Positions 37,293 to 51,875 of a stretch of DNA of 64,000 nucleotides are shown one piece after another. Numbering within the stretch: the stretch's first letter is position 1; every line of letters begins with the position of its first letter. The stretch is from Octopus sinensis (taxonomy: Eukaryota). The DNA is taken from assembly GCF_006345805.1 (NCBI RefSeq), contig NC_043006.1:38068001-38132000 (forward strand), given 5' to 3'. A model generated the notes under the pieces. It saw only the letters and a program-made list of their open reading frames with translations. It was not told the origin of the DNA and did not search any database. Position numbers and translations under genes: made by a program.

Positions 37293-37545
37293 TAATAATA
37301 ATAATTCTCCTTTTTCCCCATCACATGACTTTGCAAATGAACAATCTAATGTGTTTGTTTTAATGGCCTACCAATGTATACAGTACATTTCTCTGCCCTA
37401 GGTGTCAGGAAGACACTTGGCAAGAAATGGAAATAGTACTGAAAAAAGATACTAATGAAAATAATGATAATAATAATGATTGTATTAATGATGATAATGA
37501 TGAGAACGAAGATTGTGGTCAATGAAAAATATAGACGTGATACGA

Positions 37546-37790
37546 ATAGTAATTGGTGCACTTGGAATTATCAGCACTCAACTACCAACATGGCTGAAAA
37601 AGATCGGTGAAAGTGTGAAGGTAGAATACCTATAAAAATCAGCATTGCTTGTAACTGCAAGAATTGCTTGCAGGGTTCTTGAAGCATGACCAGTAAACAA
37701 ATGTCACCTTAGACTGCTGGCTGTGGACAGCTGACACTTTCCATCACACCCAGCAAAATAAGCTGAGAGTTAGCATCAAATAATAAATGC
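37546..37790 (+). pseudogene. R4/Dong-like LINE C-terminal remnant
   Basis: IVIGALGIISTQLPTWLKKIGESVKVEYL*KSALLVTARIACRVLEA*. Confidence 0.7.
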
Positions 37791-37794
37791 CCTG

Positions 37795-38330
37795 ATGCAA
37801 TACCAAGTTGTGGCTCTCATGGCTTTTGATCTTAACCGATCGGAAGTGTTATCATGTACATTGTTTTGTCTTGGGCTACAGCAAATATTCTATTCAATAC
37901 CACAGATTTGCTTGTCAGTTGTTTGACTTTAGCCAGTTGAGCATGTCCCTTAATGGCTGATGATATGTGCACCTCTGATCATGAGCTGAAGCAATGTGGG
38001 GCCATCAGAGCCATGTGCTGAGAGGAACTTGGGGGGTTTGGATAATTCACCTCTGGAAACATAGGAGTTTCGTTCAACATCCTTAATCAACCCTTATTCA
38101 GGGACCTTTTGAGCGAGATGGGCTACTTGACCGGAAGAAAATTCTAACTGGGCCCCACCTGCAAGGTCATGTACTGTTTATCTTCATATCAGATCACCAT
38201 GTGCACATATGGTTGTGATGCCTGGTGTACCCTTATCAGATGGGTAGTCATGATGGGTATATTGGGCTTCGTATATTTTACCTTAGTGCCACTTTGATGG
38301 TATGCACTGCTCTCTCATTCAATAATAAAA
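37795..38330 (+). repeat. Probable interspersed repeat (unclassified non-LTR 3' region)
   Basis: Higher-GC block ending in an AATAATAA tail. Single copy in the window. Confidence 0.35.
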
Positions 38331-38692
38331 CTTCCTAGTCAACAATTTTCTGAGGGGAAGAAAGTTGGTGACATCAACCCTAGAGCTCAACTGGTATTTT
38401 ATTGACTCTTAAAGGGAAAAAGGCAAGGATGTCCTTGGCAGAATTTGAACTTAGGATGGAAAGATCCAGAAAAAATTCTACTAAGCATACAAGAAAACCA
38501 AACAAAAACCAACGTGGAGGGTCGTTAGACCAGAACGAGAGGAAAATAGTGAATGCTGGGAGAAATATTTTCTTTGAAAAATATATATCAATCATGTGTG
38601 TATAAATGTAAACAAACAAATATATATAGAAACTGGCTGCTCTATAAAGCTAGAGTATTTAGTGTCTGATTCGGTGGATGAATTTGTCAGCA

Positions 38693-38765
38693 GGCAGTTT
38701 AGCTTAATGGTAAAGCACTCAGCAAGAGCCTTTGAGGAGTATGGGTCAGAATCCCATGGTTGGTT
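38693..38765 (+). tRNA. tRNA-like pseudogene or isolated SINE head
   Basis: TAGCTTAATGGTAAAGC D-arm/A-box and GGTCAGAATCCC degenerate T-arm. Stems imperfect. Confidence 0.4.
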
Positions 38766-38869
38766 GTTGACAAATTTTTCCGCCTTGTAAGGGTAATTTA
38801 CCCAGTATTTCTGCTGTTCTAATGACAACTTTGCATTTGGAAAAATATCATCTTATTTGTATCACACAC

Positions 38870-38961
<92 letters not shown>

Positions 38962-39739
38962 TTTATATATATTATATAGATAGGAAAAATTAGATAAATA
39001 CAGCATGTAGTTTATACCAGTTGATCCCTATGCTTGTTTTGCCACTGTGTAGGAAACAAATGTATAAACAGCATTTTGTGTTTCTATCATAATAGCTCCA
39101 TATAACATAACCAATAACATAACCTTATATTTGCTCTATATAACATAACCAATAATACTACTAAGTACAATAGTAACCATAACACTTTATTGAAAGTTAA
39201 CTGGATGATTGATACATCTAACTATACAAACAAGATATACTATATATATATATATAGCACATTGGAGGGAAGCAGGCAAGACAATATTAAAGATTTAAAA
39301 GTCCAGTTATTTCTATACCTTTCAGCAAGCAATGAAACTACTTTGTGGCTTCCTCTGAGTGTATTATTACCTATGGTTATACACACATAATATACACATA
39401 TCATGATCATCCAGTGTTTTAAATCCGGATTTTGTTCCCGTTAATGGGAGTGACTGGATCTACCTCAATGCCGTAGTAACTGAGGCAGGTGCAGCCCACC
39501 CCAACCTTTGGGCTGGCTGGTGCCCATTCTCCCTTACTGTTATGTGGCTTTTTTGGAGCTGGATTTTCCAAGGGAAGCATGCCCTTGCTTAACCCCAACC
39601 TCAGTTTCCCGACAAGAGTGGTCTACCATGATTTTTAAGAAATGTGGTGGAAAACTAGCTCAGGAAGGCATCGACACTACTACCTGAGAACCCTTTTGGA
39701 GCCTCCCTTACCTCACATATATAAGTAAATGTGTGTGTA

Positions 39740-39771
<32 letters not shown>

Positions 39772-39859
39772 CATACATACATACATACATACATACATAC
39801 ATACATACATACATACATACATACACACACATACACATATAGATATACATATATCAAGC

Positions 39860-40088
39860 ATGGCCAATGCCAGCACCGCCTGACTGGCACCCGTGCCAGT
39901 GGCATGTAAGAAATACTCACTACACTCTCGGAGTGGTTAGTGCTAGGAAGGGCATCCAGCTGTAGAAACTTTGCCAAATCAGATTGGAGTCTGGTGCAGC
40001 CTCCCCGGCTTCTCAGTTCTCAGTCAAAACCGTTCAAACCATGCCAGCATGGAAAGTGGACATTCAACAAGGAGGATAATGATGATGA
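39860..40088 (+). mobile_element. RTE LINE 3'UTR fragment
   Basis: CTACACTCTCGGAGTGG...AGGAAGGGCATCCAGCTGTAGAAAC...CCATGCCAGCATGGAAAG. Confidence 0.75.
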
Positions 40089-40499
40089 TATATACCTGTA
40101 CATATAAGCACACACACACACACACGCATATTTATATATATATATATATATACATAGCTATTCACACACACATGTACATATATATTTCTCAATTTGTGTT
40201 AAAATCTAATTACAACACTCCAATTAAATTCAATTAACAATATAACAGATTCAAAAGGAATCACGTACAAAATAAAATCCTGAGATAGAATAAAACAAGA
40301 GAAGAAAAGCAGACAGCCATCTAGTAATGAGATGAGATGAAATCTCATCTTAATCCTATCCTTGTTGATTAGAGAAACCTGTGATATAAGTTCTACTGTG
40401 TTACCTTTCGTTAATTCTGACCCCTCCCCCTCTTGTTAGTCAAGATTGAAATTCCATCAGGGATTTCACAAATACATTAACACATTTAGACTTTTGGTG

Positions 40500-40803
40500 C
40501 TAAGTATTGCATGTATGCATGTTGATATATATACATACATATATACATACATATATATATACATACATACATATATATACATACATATATATGCATACAT
40601 ATATATATATATATACATATATATATACATATATATATATATATACATATATACATACATATACATATATATAAACGTATATATATATATATATGCATAC
40701 ATATATACATACATATATATACATACACATACATACATATACATACATACATATACATATACATACATATATATACATACATACATATACATACATATAT
40801 ACA

Positions 40804-40834
<31 letters not shown>

Positions 40835-41339
40835 ATATATATATACATAAATACATACATACATACATATATATACATACACATATATATATACATGCAC
40901 ACATATATATATACATACATATATACACACATACATACATATATATATACATACGTATATATATACACATATACATACACATACATATATATATATATAT
41001 ATACATACATATACACACATACTTATATATACATACATACATACACATACAAATATATATATACATATACACATACATATATATACATACATACATACAC
41101 ATACATATACACATACTTACATATACACATACATACATATATATATATACATACATACACATACATATATACATACACATACATATAAATTCATACACAT
41201 ACATATACACATACATATATACATACACATACATATAAATTCATACACATACATATACACATACATATATATATATATAAATACATACATACATAATTAC
41301 ACATACATACATACATATATATACACATACATACATACA

Positions 41340-41387
<48 letters not shown>

Positions 41388-41410
41388 CATACATGCATAC
41401 ATATCTTATT
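40500..41410. repeat. About 900-bp (CATA)n/(TA)n microsatellite
   Basis: Direct reading. Confidence 0.95.
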
Positions 41411-42960
41411 ACATATATATTAGTAGTAGTAGTGTGGTGATGGTGGGATCTGATTATGAATAAATACTAAATTAAATTAGACACTTCACCATAAGTGTAA
41501 GATGGATCAAAATATGGATGTAGGTATAGTTGTGCTGTTAAGATGTTTGCTTTACAACCATGAGGTCACAGGATCAATCCCACATCATGTCTTATTATTT
41601 GTGTGTATGTGTGTATTTACATACATGCATATGTCTCTATATTTATGTGTGTGTGTGTACATATTCTTTTACTCGTTTAAGCCATTTTACTGTGGCCATG
41701 CTGGAAGACTGCTTTTAATCAAGCAAATCAACCCCAGGACTTATTCTTTGTAAGCCTAGTACTTATTCTGCCAGTCTTTTTTGCTGAACTGCTAAGTTAC
41801 GGGGTATAGATATCTGTGTCATCTTCTTCAATATCATCATTTAATGTTCGTTTTTCCATCCTGGCATGGGTTGGACGGTTTGACAGGAGCTTGTAAGCCC
41901 CAGAGACCTGTGCCCAGCTCCAGTGTCTGTTTTGGATTGGTTTTTATGGATGGAAGCACTTCCTGATGCTGACCACTTTACAGAGCGGACTGTGTCTATG
42001 TATACACTTTGTGTATGTGTGTGTAGTGATTTGAAATAAACACTGGGTTCACAATGCAACCATCTTTGTTTTCTACCTCTCTAGTTTCTCAGAGCTGTAT
42101 CTGTGGTGTTTTTTTAGCTACTTAACCCAAAGCTGGAGAAGGATAATTTCATATTAAAATTTAATATCTTATCTTTAAGATATGTATATGAGAGAAAGAG
42201 AGAGAAAGAGAGACAGACAGGCAGACAGAGAAAGAGTCAGCATGAGATCCAAAGACGCTCAATAAAGGAAACACTTTGTAGTGCTCAAATGGTTTGAACT
42301 TATGCCCTGAAACCTTTACCGAGGACCAAGTCCGCAGGGTAAAGAATGGCTATAAAAGGAAACCAGGTGAGCAGATATGGAGACAATGATGCAAATAAGC
42401 AAATAAAACTGCTTGGGTTTGATATACAAAATATATATACAAGTATATATAGAGTGAAAGCAAAAGCTGAAAATTTTCAGATGATGATTATTCAAGGATA
42501 AATATAGAGATATTGATATATTAACAGAGCTAACTTACACTGAGAACAAAAGGAGAAGTATGGTGTTACAAGTACAACAGCTGTTTCAGGAGGCTCAGAG
42601 TTACTTTATAATGTTGGATTATATAGATCACCAGAATATGTAACCAGTAACAGAAGCAAATTTTCCTGCATCATGATCTCAAATGTCAGATTCTTATCTC
42701 TCTACACTGATTTACAAATGTTTGAGAGGAACACGAATGACACTAATCTTGATCAATCTAGGCAGACCTACAAATATTTCGTGGGCACTGCCCCATCCTC
42801 CTGGTCTAAGGAGTTAAAATGAACAAAAGTGAAGCAGAACATTAAGCCTCCAATATTCCTCCTGGCAAAGGCAGAGAGCTGGTAGAAACGTTAGCAAGTC
42901 AGGCAAAATGCTCAGTAGCATTTCAACTGCTTTTACATTCTAATTTCAAATTCCACTGAA

Positions 42961-43452
42961 GGTGGCATGTAAAAAGCACCATTCAAGCATAGCTGACACC
43001 AGTGCCACCTGACTAGCCTCTATGCTGGTGGCATGTAAAGGGCACTATTCAAGTGTAGTTGATGCCAGTGCCACTTAATTGGTGCCCATTCTGGTGGAAT
43101 ATAAAAAGCACCATTCAAGCATAGCTGACGCCAGTGCCACCTGACTGGCCTCTGTACTGGTGGCATGTAAAGGGCACTATTCAAGTGTATTTGATACCAG
43201 TGCCGCTTAATTGGTGCCCATTCTGGTGGAATATTAAAAGCACCATTCAAGTATGGTCAATGCCAGTACTGCCTGACTGGCCCTCGTGCCGATGGTATGT
43301 AAAAACACCCACTACACTCTTGGAGCGGTTGGCATTAGGAAGTGAATCAAGCTGTAGAAACCTTGCCAGATCAGATTGGAGCCTGATACAGTCTCTTGGC
43401 TTGCCAGTCCTCAGTCAAACCATCAAACCAATGCCAGCATGGAAAGCAGATG
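42961..43452 (+). mobile_element. RTE 3'UTR with five 66-bp tandem modules
   Basis: Units start at 42961, 43027, 43093, 43159 and 43225, then the standard tail and (GAT)n. Confidence 0.85.
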
Positions 43453-43679
43453 TTAAATGATGATGATGATAATGAACACTGGGTCAATGTGATCAATTTA
43501 ACCTTTCCCCCAAAATTACTGGCCTTGTAACAAAATTTGAAACCATTATTCCACCTGGCAATCTCTATTCTTTTATGAAGCCAGAAATAAATATAATATT
43601 GAGCAAATGTTTCCTCAATGTATTAAAAACAAAAATTTTTCATTGAGTTCTTGAGTATAGCTAAAGCTGTTGATATTAA

Positions 43680-43899
43680 CCCTTTTGATACCAACCGGGC
43701 TAAAACCACCTCTGGCTCTACAGCACAAAAATGTCTTGTTTTCATAAGCTCTGAATTAAAATCTTCCACCAAACCTTAGTCACAATTTATGTTCCTAACA
43801 CTAGCTTAATGACAACTAAGTTATTTTACTAAATTCTTTGTTATATAAGTAATTGAAAGAAACACAGAGCATCTCAAAATAAATACGGTAACGGAAAGG
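43680..43899. mobile_element. piggyBac-type MITE
   Basis: TTAA|CCCTTTTGATACC ... GGTAACGGAAAGG|TTAA. Confidence 0.7.
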
Positions 43900-44232
43900 T
43901 TAAAATAATATATTACTTAAATATAAGGAAAAGAGAAGTTACTGGGTTAGTCAACTGTAACAGCTGACACATTTCACTTGCGATACCAGTTTCCTAATTT
44001 GGACTAAAAGAAAAAAATAAAGTATGTTCCTTTTTTATTACCCAACTGAGGTAAATTTGCAGTTAAGAAGCTTCCTTTGCAACCACATAGTTCTGAGTTC
44101 AGTCCCACTGTATGGCACCTTGAGCTTATGCCTTCAGCTATAGCCTTGGGCAGACCAATGCTATGGGAATGAATTTGCAAGATGGAAATTGTGTGGGAGC
44201 TAACTGTGTGTGTGTTTGTATATACGTGTGTG

Positions 44233-44595
44233 TGTGGCTATGTGGTAAGAAGCTTGCTTCCCAACCACATGGTTCTGAGTTCAGTCCCACTGTATAGCAC
44301 CTCGAGCAAGTGTTTTCAAATGTAGCCTCAGGTCAATGAAATCTTTGTGAGTGGATTTGGTATACATAAACTGAAAGGAAGTTGTATATATGTATGTATG
44401 TGTGTGTGTGTGTGTCTTTGTATCTGTATTTGTACCCCATCACCACCTCACTTGACAACTGTGTTGATATGTTTATGTCCCCGTAACTTAGCGGTTTGGC
44501 AAAAGAGACCAACATAAAATAAGTCGTGGGGTTGATTTGTTCGGTGCCCCAGCATGGCCACTGTCAAACGACTGAAACAAATAAAAAGTAAAAGG
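44233..44595 (+). mobile_element. SINE family A (extra head about 44070-44200, extra tail about 44600-44830)
   Basis: Homology to 479-862. Confidence 0.75.
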
Positions 44596-45220
44596 ATACA
44601 AGAAAAGGCATATGTTTATGTGGATGTCTTTGAGTTTGTCACCCATGACTGTTTGATAACCAATGACAATTCATTTATGTCCCTGTGACTTAGCAGTTCA
44701 GCAAAAGAGACCCAATACAATACCAGATTTAAAATAAAAAAACATACTATCGTCAATTTGCTTACCTAAACCCTTCAAGGAGGTGCTCCAGCATGGCCAG
44801 AGTCCAAAGACTGAAACATGTAAAAGATAAGCTATAAACAGATAAAGTAAACTTGATGGGGCGTCAGAAAGCCATTATGCAGATGGACAATCTACTAAAA
44901 ATAGCAGCTAAATCTTCCTTAGACTCACAACTGACAGTCTCAGGAAAAGAAGTACATATCAGGTAATGTAGTCCTGGATGGACTATATCTAGGAGAAAAT
45001 TAAAATTAAATATCAATGCGATGGTCATGCATGGAATGCTTTACATCATAATCAGCAACAAAATAAAATGTTTACTAGATTACTACAGGATATCAATAAA
45101 TATATATACTCTACTCTGAATGGGTATTGAATCCTTCGACCTAGTTTGATGTATTTAGTAGTTGTAACAAACAATTACATCCTATAACGCACGTAAGTAT
45201 GTGTGTGAGGCGTGTATGCC

Positions 45221-45556
45221 GAGACCCCTTTCGGTCATGACTGACCATGGGATTGCACTGAGAAAGTTACCCTCCCAGGCACAAGTTCGGGCAAGGTTGT
45301 TTATGGAAGACCAGCATTCGTCCATGCATACCGGACTCCCCTCTCCACGCCACCAGTGTTATCCAAGGGAAAGGCAAAAGCTGATACAGCTTGACACCTC
45401 TGACATCGCAACTCATTTTTGAAGCTGAGTGAACTGGAGCAACGTAAAATAAAGTGTCTTGCTCAAGAACACAACATGCAGCCCAGTCCAGGATTCAAAC
45501 TGACAACCTCATGATAATTAGCTCGATGCTCTAACCACTGACCCATGCACCTTCAC
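45221..45556 (-). mobile_element. SINE family C, full copy
   Basis: Minus head GTGAAGGTGCATGGGTCAGTGGTTAGAGC...GAGTTTGAATCC. Body shared with the 8455-9105 cluster. Confidence 0.8.
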
Positions 45557-45559
45557 AAG

Positions 45560-45641
45560 GCATGTGTGCATATATACATGTGCATATGTGTGTGTATGTA
45601 TGTACATATATATATACGTGTGTGTGCGTGTTTGCATGTGC

Positions 45642-45684
<43 letters not shown>

Positions 45685-45772
45685 TATATACATAGATATA
45701 TATAGATATATAGATATCTATACATATGTGTGTGTGTGCATGTGTTTGTATGTATGTGTGCATGTATGTGCA

Positions 45773-45818
<46 letters not shown>

Positions 45819-46127
45819 CATGTGTGTGTACGTGTGTATGTATATATATATATGTATATACATAGATATATACATACATATAAATACATCATCATCATCA
45901 TACATATAAATATATATATACATATACATACATACATACATACATACACATACATATATATATACACACACACACAGACACATATATATATATACATATA
46001 TATACACATACATATATATATAGACAAATACATATATATACACATATACATATATATATAGACATATACATATATATACACATATACATATATATATACA
46101 TACAAATATATATATATATATACATAC

Positions 46128-46172
<45 letters not shown>

Positions 46173-46250
46173 ATATATATAATATATATACATACATATA
46201 AATACATACATATAAATAAATACATACATACATATATATATGATAAAAAT
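45560..46250. repeat. Compound (TA)/(TG)/(CATA) microsatellite
   Basis: Direct reading. Confidence 0.95.
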
Positions 46251-47278
46251 AACAATTATATGAGTACAGACATAATGAAATATAATGGGGAATTGGCTAA
46301 GCTTTCTGTTTGTTATTGTTGAGAATTCATTGGCAGAAAGGGGTGGTGATGGGTTACAGTCGGGGGGGGGGGTGGAATGTGAGTGAAATTTTTCCATAAG
46401 TAGTCTATGATATCATCCACAGATACATGGATATCAATGAATGCATTTATATGCCTCTGTGTGTGTGTGTGTGTGTGTCTCTCTATCCATATGTGAGCAC
46501 GTGTGCGTGAGTGTATGTGCACATATTGATGTTGGATAAATTTGTTCTGTTGCTTAGGGAATTTGTTTTATGTGTGTATTTATCTAAGTACCTGCATCAT
46601 GTATGTAGATAATGTTGCAGGTATATATGTAATATATGAGTGTACACATGCTCTGAATGTGTATGCGCACACACACACGCATGCACACACATATAAGCTT
46701 GTGTGCATATGTATATATATATATGTGTCTGTGTGTGTGTATATATATATGTATAAATGTACAGGAATGTGTGTATATATACATAGCAGCACACACTTAA
46801 ATATACATAATGTGGATACGTGTACCTGTGACATATTTACACCAGGTATTTGTGCGTGCATCTGTGTGTGAGTATATGTGTGTGTATAGCATATATAATT
46901 TATGTAATATGAGCTATGTGATTAAAAATTTTATCTGAGATTTCCACCATAAAGCCTCATATACATATGTACATATACATACATATATATATATATTATA
47001 TATATTATATATATATATATAAAACATATGCATATATACATACATATATGTACATACCTACCTCTACATGTATATATACATGCATAGGTAGGTATGTACA
47101 TATATGTATGTATATATGCATATGTTTTATTTATTAATTTATTATATGACGGAACGCACACATCCATTTCTAAGTAAGATTGTTATATATATATATATAT
47201 ATATATACATATATATATACATATATATACACACACATATATACATATATACATACATACACACACACATATATATAT

Positions 47279-47329
<51 letters not shown>

Positions 47330-47719
47330 TCTAGCTCCCTGTCTTATCTATTCTTATATCTATTCTTAATGGTTCTTTATTTTTCTACCTATCTCTTCAT
47401 AATCCAAAATACCACCCCACTTTTCTTTCCTATATTATTTCTATGTCTTGCTCCTTCCTCACAGTTAAACTTACTACCTCTCTCTCTCTCTCTCTCTCTC
47501 TCTGCATATATCTATGTCTGTCTACTTTGCTGTTCTCCTGCCTATCTCACTTTCCAGTTTCTTTACTTCACCAAGTGTCTGTCACTTATAGACAATTAGA
47601 CTGCTCATCCATGCACTCAATCTTGAATGAATATGTCTGCCTTGTATATGTATACACATCCATTTAACACACATGTACACATGTGGCTGATGCTGTTAAC
47701 ATTGTTGTCGTTGTTGTTG

Positions 47720-47925
47720 GTGTTGGTGGTGGTGGTGTTGTTTAGCCCTAGGTTAGACTTGGCAGAGCAAACTTATGATCATAAGCATTCCAGCCAAACA
47801 TCCAACCATGTTCTAAACGCGTTCGAAACCCAGGAACATGGTATCAAATGCATCCTTTTAAGTTGTCGCAAGGGTGTGATTTGAGGGAAATCTGGTTACT
47901 ATTTCTGAGATGTTGAACAATCAAA
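47720..47925 (+). repeat. Dispersed repeat family with a GATTTGG(C/T)T(G/A)CTATTTCT motif
   Basis: Related segments at about 4465-4520 (+), 44890-45060 (-), 53945-53990 (-) and 55860-56000 (-). Confidence 0.5.
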
Positions 47926-47959
47926 TACAGGCTCCTCTACTAGTACACACAGTTACATG

Positions 47960-48030
47960 TAGCAGCAGTAGTGGTGGTTGTGGTGGTAGTAGCAGCAGCA
48001 GCAGTAGTAGTAATAGCAGTAGCAGCAGCT

Positions 48031-48075
<45 letters not shown>

Positions 48076-48185
48076 AAAGCAGCAGTAGCAGCTGTAGTAG
48101 TAGTAGTAGTAGTAGTATAGTAGTAGTAGTAGTAGCAGCAGCAGCAGCAGCAGCAGTAGCAACAGTGGCAGTAGCAGCTTTCCAT
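47960..48185. repeat. (AGT)n/(AGC)n triplet repeat
   Basis: Direct reading. Confidence 0.95.
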
Positions 48186-48329
48186 GGTTAGTACCAACAA
48201 AGACCATATTCAACAGTAACTTAGTAGACTGAATTATTCAAAAGTAGTAAGTTACCTAAACACACGCACACACATTCGTAGTCTTTTAACTGGTTTCAGC
48301 CAGTCTTCTGAGGTGATACTGGGACACAG

Positions 48330-48700
<371 letters not shown>

Positions 48701-49373
48701 ATTTAATATAATATCATTAGTCTATCAAAATATATTTTTTCACCTATGGCTCTTTGGGAACCAGAGAACAATATTTAAAGGAGCTAATTTATAACACAAT
48801 GCTAAGGAGAGTATACATATGTGTATGTGTATATATATACATATATACATATAGACGCACATATGCAAAAACAGATACACTTACGCACATTAATAATTAT
48901 AGATTAAATATATTATTCACTTTCAGATTTATTTTTGAGTTCTTTAGTGGCCAGACGGTTTCTTTTGAACTTGTCCCCTCTGGAATACACACACACACAT
49001 GCATGTGCAAGCATGCATACACACACGCTCACACATACACACGCATGCACACACACGAACACACACAACAGAGTAGAGAAATCAGTTTTTAATATCTTTT
49101 CTCCATAACTTTTCTGAAGAAATATTAGAATACCAGGTATTAGCATCAACCACTAACCCGTATTATTAATTTTTTATATAACTTGCATTGTTTGGCTTTA
49201 AAAGTATTTAAAACATTTACACATACATACATACATGCATATATATATTGATCAGATAAGAGAAGTGATTTGAGAGAATAGATGATAATTCCATTAGTTG
49301 CCAGCTGTTTTGTACTCTATACTAATTACACAGGCGATGCTACAACATCCACCACACATATAAATACACATAC

Positions 49374-49415
<42 letters not shown>

Positions 49416-50124
49416 CATACATATATAAAAATACACACATATAGATATAAATGTGATGTACCATAATGAACAGACTACACTTCAGAACATTTCATAGCAA
49501 GTTAAAACACCAGACTCTGCAATAAATAGTAAATAGCTTTATTATATAGTCACAGATAATAGTTGTATTAGGCACGTTTCACTCTTTACTGATATACATA
49601 CAGATCATCATCATCATCAAAGAATATCACTGAAACTCAAAATAACAAGATTCCATATCTTAGATTTAACAAGGAGGACTTGCAGAGGCACTACATCTAG
49701 TTTTGGCAATTTTTCATACTTTTCAATTTCTATATAATTTAGTATCAAGAGAGGAACCAGTGTCTCTACCCAGGACTGTTTTAGCAGTATTAAAGGCCAT
49801 GGGCAAATCAATGTACTGAAATTTATAATATTTATTCACTGACAACAAGCTACAATACACATAGATTAGATCTGGGCCCCTAGACAACTGTTCAGTATGC
49901 CAAGTGCCTCTAGCTTTGCCACAGCTAACATTTGTAAATACTAGTCCAGTACATCTCCACAAAATGTTCAAAGTTCAAATTCAGCCAAGGTCAACCTTGC
50001 CTTTGATCCTTTAAGAACCAAAACAATAAATACCAGTTACACACTGGGGAAATGATGTAACTGACTAATCCCCCTCCCTAAAATTTCAGGCCTTTTGCCT
50101 ATGAAAGAAAGGATTATCATTATC

Positions 50125-50515
50125 ATTATTACTCTTTTACTTGTTTCAGTCAATTGACTGCGGCCTTGCTGGAGCACTGCCTTTAATCGAGCAACCCGAT
50201 CCCGGGGCTTATTCTTTTGTAAGCCCAGTACTTATTCTATCGGTCTCTTTTGCTGAACCGCTAAGTAACAGGGACATAAACACACCAGCATCGGTTGTCA
50301 AGCAATGCTAAGGGGACAAACACACACACGCATATATATATACATATATACAACAGGCTTCTTTCAGTTTCTGTCTACCAAATCCACTCACAAGGCTTTG
50401 GTCAGCCCGAGGCTATAGTAGAAGACACTTGCCCAAGGTGCCACGCAGTGGGACTGAACCCGGAACCATGTGGTTGGTAAACAAGCAACTTACCACACAG
50501 CCACTCCTGTGCCTA
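50125..50515 (-). mobile_element. SINE family A, well-preserved copy
   Basis: Close reverse-complement match to 479-862, retaining CpGs. Confidence 0.85.
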
Positions 50516-50564
50516 TTATTATTATTATTATTATTATCATTGCACAGTGGACTAGCAGATTTGT

Positions 50565-51135
50565 TACAGCTTCACAGAAAATGCCTGGTGGTAATTATCA
50601 CAACTCTTCACAACACTTTGCAGCCATGTGGTTTTAAGTTCAGTCTCAGGGCTCAGCACCATGGGCAGCTGTCTTTTATGGTATCCCCTAGCTGGTTAAT
50701 ACCTTTCGAGTGAATTTCATGGACAGAAACAATGGGGAAGCCTATTGTGTGCATGTGTGTGTGTGTATGTGTGCATACATGTGTGAGTATGTGTGTGTGT
50801 GAGCGAGTGTATGTGTGAGCGTATGTGCCTGTGCATGAGCGTGTGTGAGTGGGTGTATGTGAGCAAGTGTGTATGTGTGAGTGTGAGTGCATGTGTGTGA
50901 GCGTGAGTGCATGTGTGTGAGCGTGAGTGCATGTGTGTGAGCATGCTTATGTTTGTCTCCTTATTATTTGAGGAGGGGTGTTGGTTTGTTTATGTCCCTG
51001 TAACGTAGCAGTCAGGCAAAAAGGACAGAAAGAATAATTACCAGATTTTAAAATAGGTCGATTTGCTTGGCTAAACCCTTCAGCATAGTGCCCCAGCATG
51101 GCCACAGTTCAATGACTGAAACAAGTAAAAGAATG
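50565..51135 (+). mobile_element. SINE family A with about 210-bp expanded internal (GT)-type repeat
   Basis: Head about 50565-50720, microsatellite about 50740-50950, body about 50950-51135. Confidence 0.6.
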
Positions 51136-51146
51136 AATCAAAATAT

Positions 51147-51875
51147 ACATGGTTCCAGGTTCAGTCCCATTGCATGGCACCTTGAGCAAGTGTCTTCTAC
51201 TATAGCCTCAGGCTAACCAAAGCCTTGAGTGGTGGATTTGGTAAAATGAAACTGAAAGAAGCCTGTCGTACATATATTCTTTTATTCTTTGTTTCAGTCA
51301 TTTGACTGTGACCATGCTGGAGCACAGCCTTTTTAGTCAAACAAATCGACCCCAGGACTTATTCTTTGTAAGCCTAGTACTTATTCTATCATTCTCTTTT
51401 GCTGAACTGCTAAGTTATGGGGACGTAAACACACCAATATTGGTTGCCAAGTGATGGTGGTGGTGGGGGGGGGGGCAAACACAAACCCACAGCTAGACTG
51501 AGAGAGAGAGACAGACACACACACACACGCGATGGGCTTCTTTCAGTTTCCACCAACCAAATCCACTCACAAGTTGTCACACAGAGGGACTGAATCTGGA
51601 ACCATGTGGTTGGTAAGCACAGTCACACCTGTACCTATACATGTGTGTGTGTGTGTGTGTGTGTTTGTGTCTGTTTGTCCACCCCACCATTGCTTGACAA
51701 CTGATGTTGATGTGTTTATGTCCCTGTAACTTAGCAGTTTGTCAAAAGAAACCGATAGAATAAGTACCAGGCTTATAAAGAATACATACTGGGGTTGGTT
51801 TGTTTTACTAAAAAAAAACCTTTAAGATGGTGCTCCAGCATGGCTCCACTCAAATGACTGAAACAAGAAAAAACA
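51147..51875 (+). mobile_element. SINE family A (+) with a second family A copy (-, 51275-51635) nested in its internal microsatellite
   Basis: Head 51147-51270, then an inverted full copy, then the 3' body 51655-51875. Confidence 0.75.

Noticed and set aside
38693-38765. Functional tRNA gene
   Set aside because: T-loop lacks TTCG and the acceptor and anticodon stems pair poorly. Kept only as tRNA-like.
42961-43290. Regular repeat array as CRISPR
   Set aside because: Eukaryotic context, no unique spacers and no cas genes. Units are LINE-UTR modules.
49700-49971. Minus-strand YIDLPMAFNT, similar to RT FxDLxKAFD
   Set aside because: Weak, with no supporting context.
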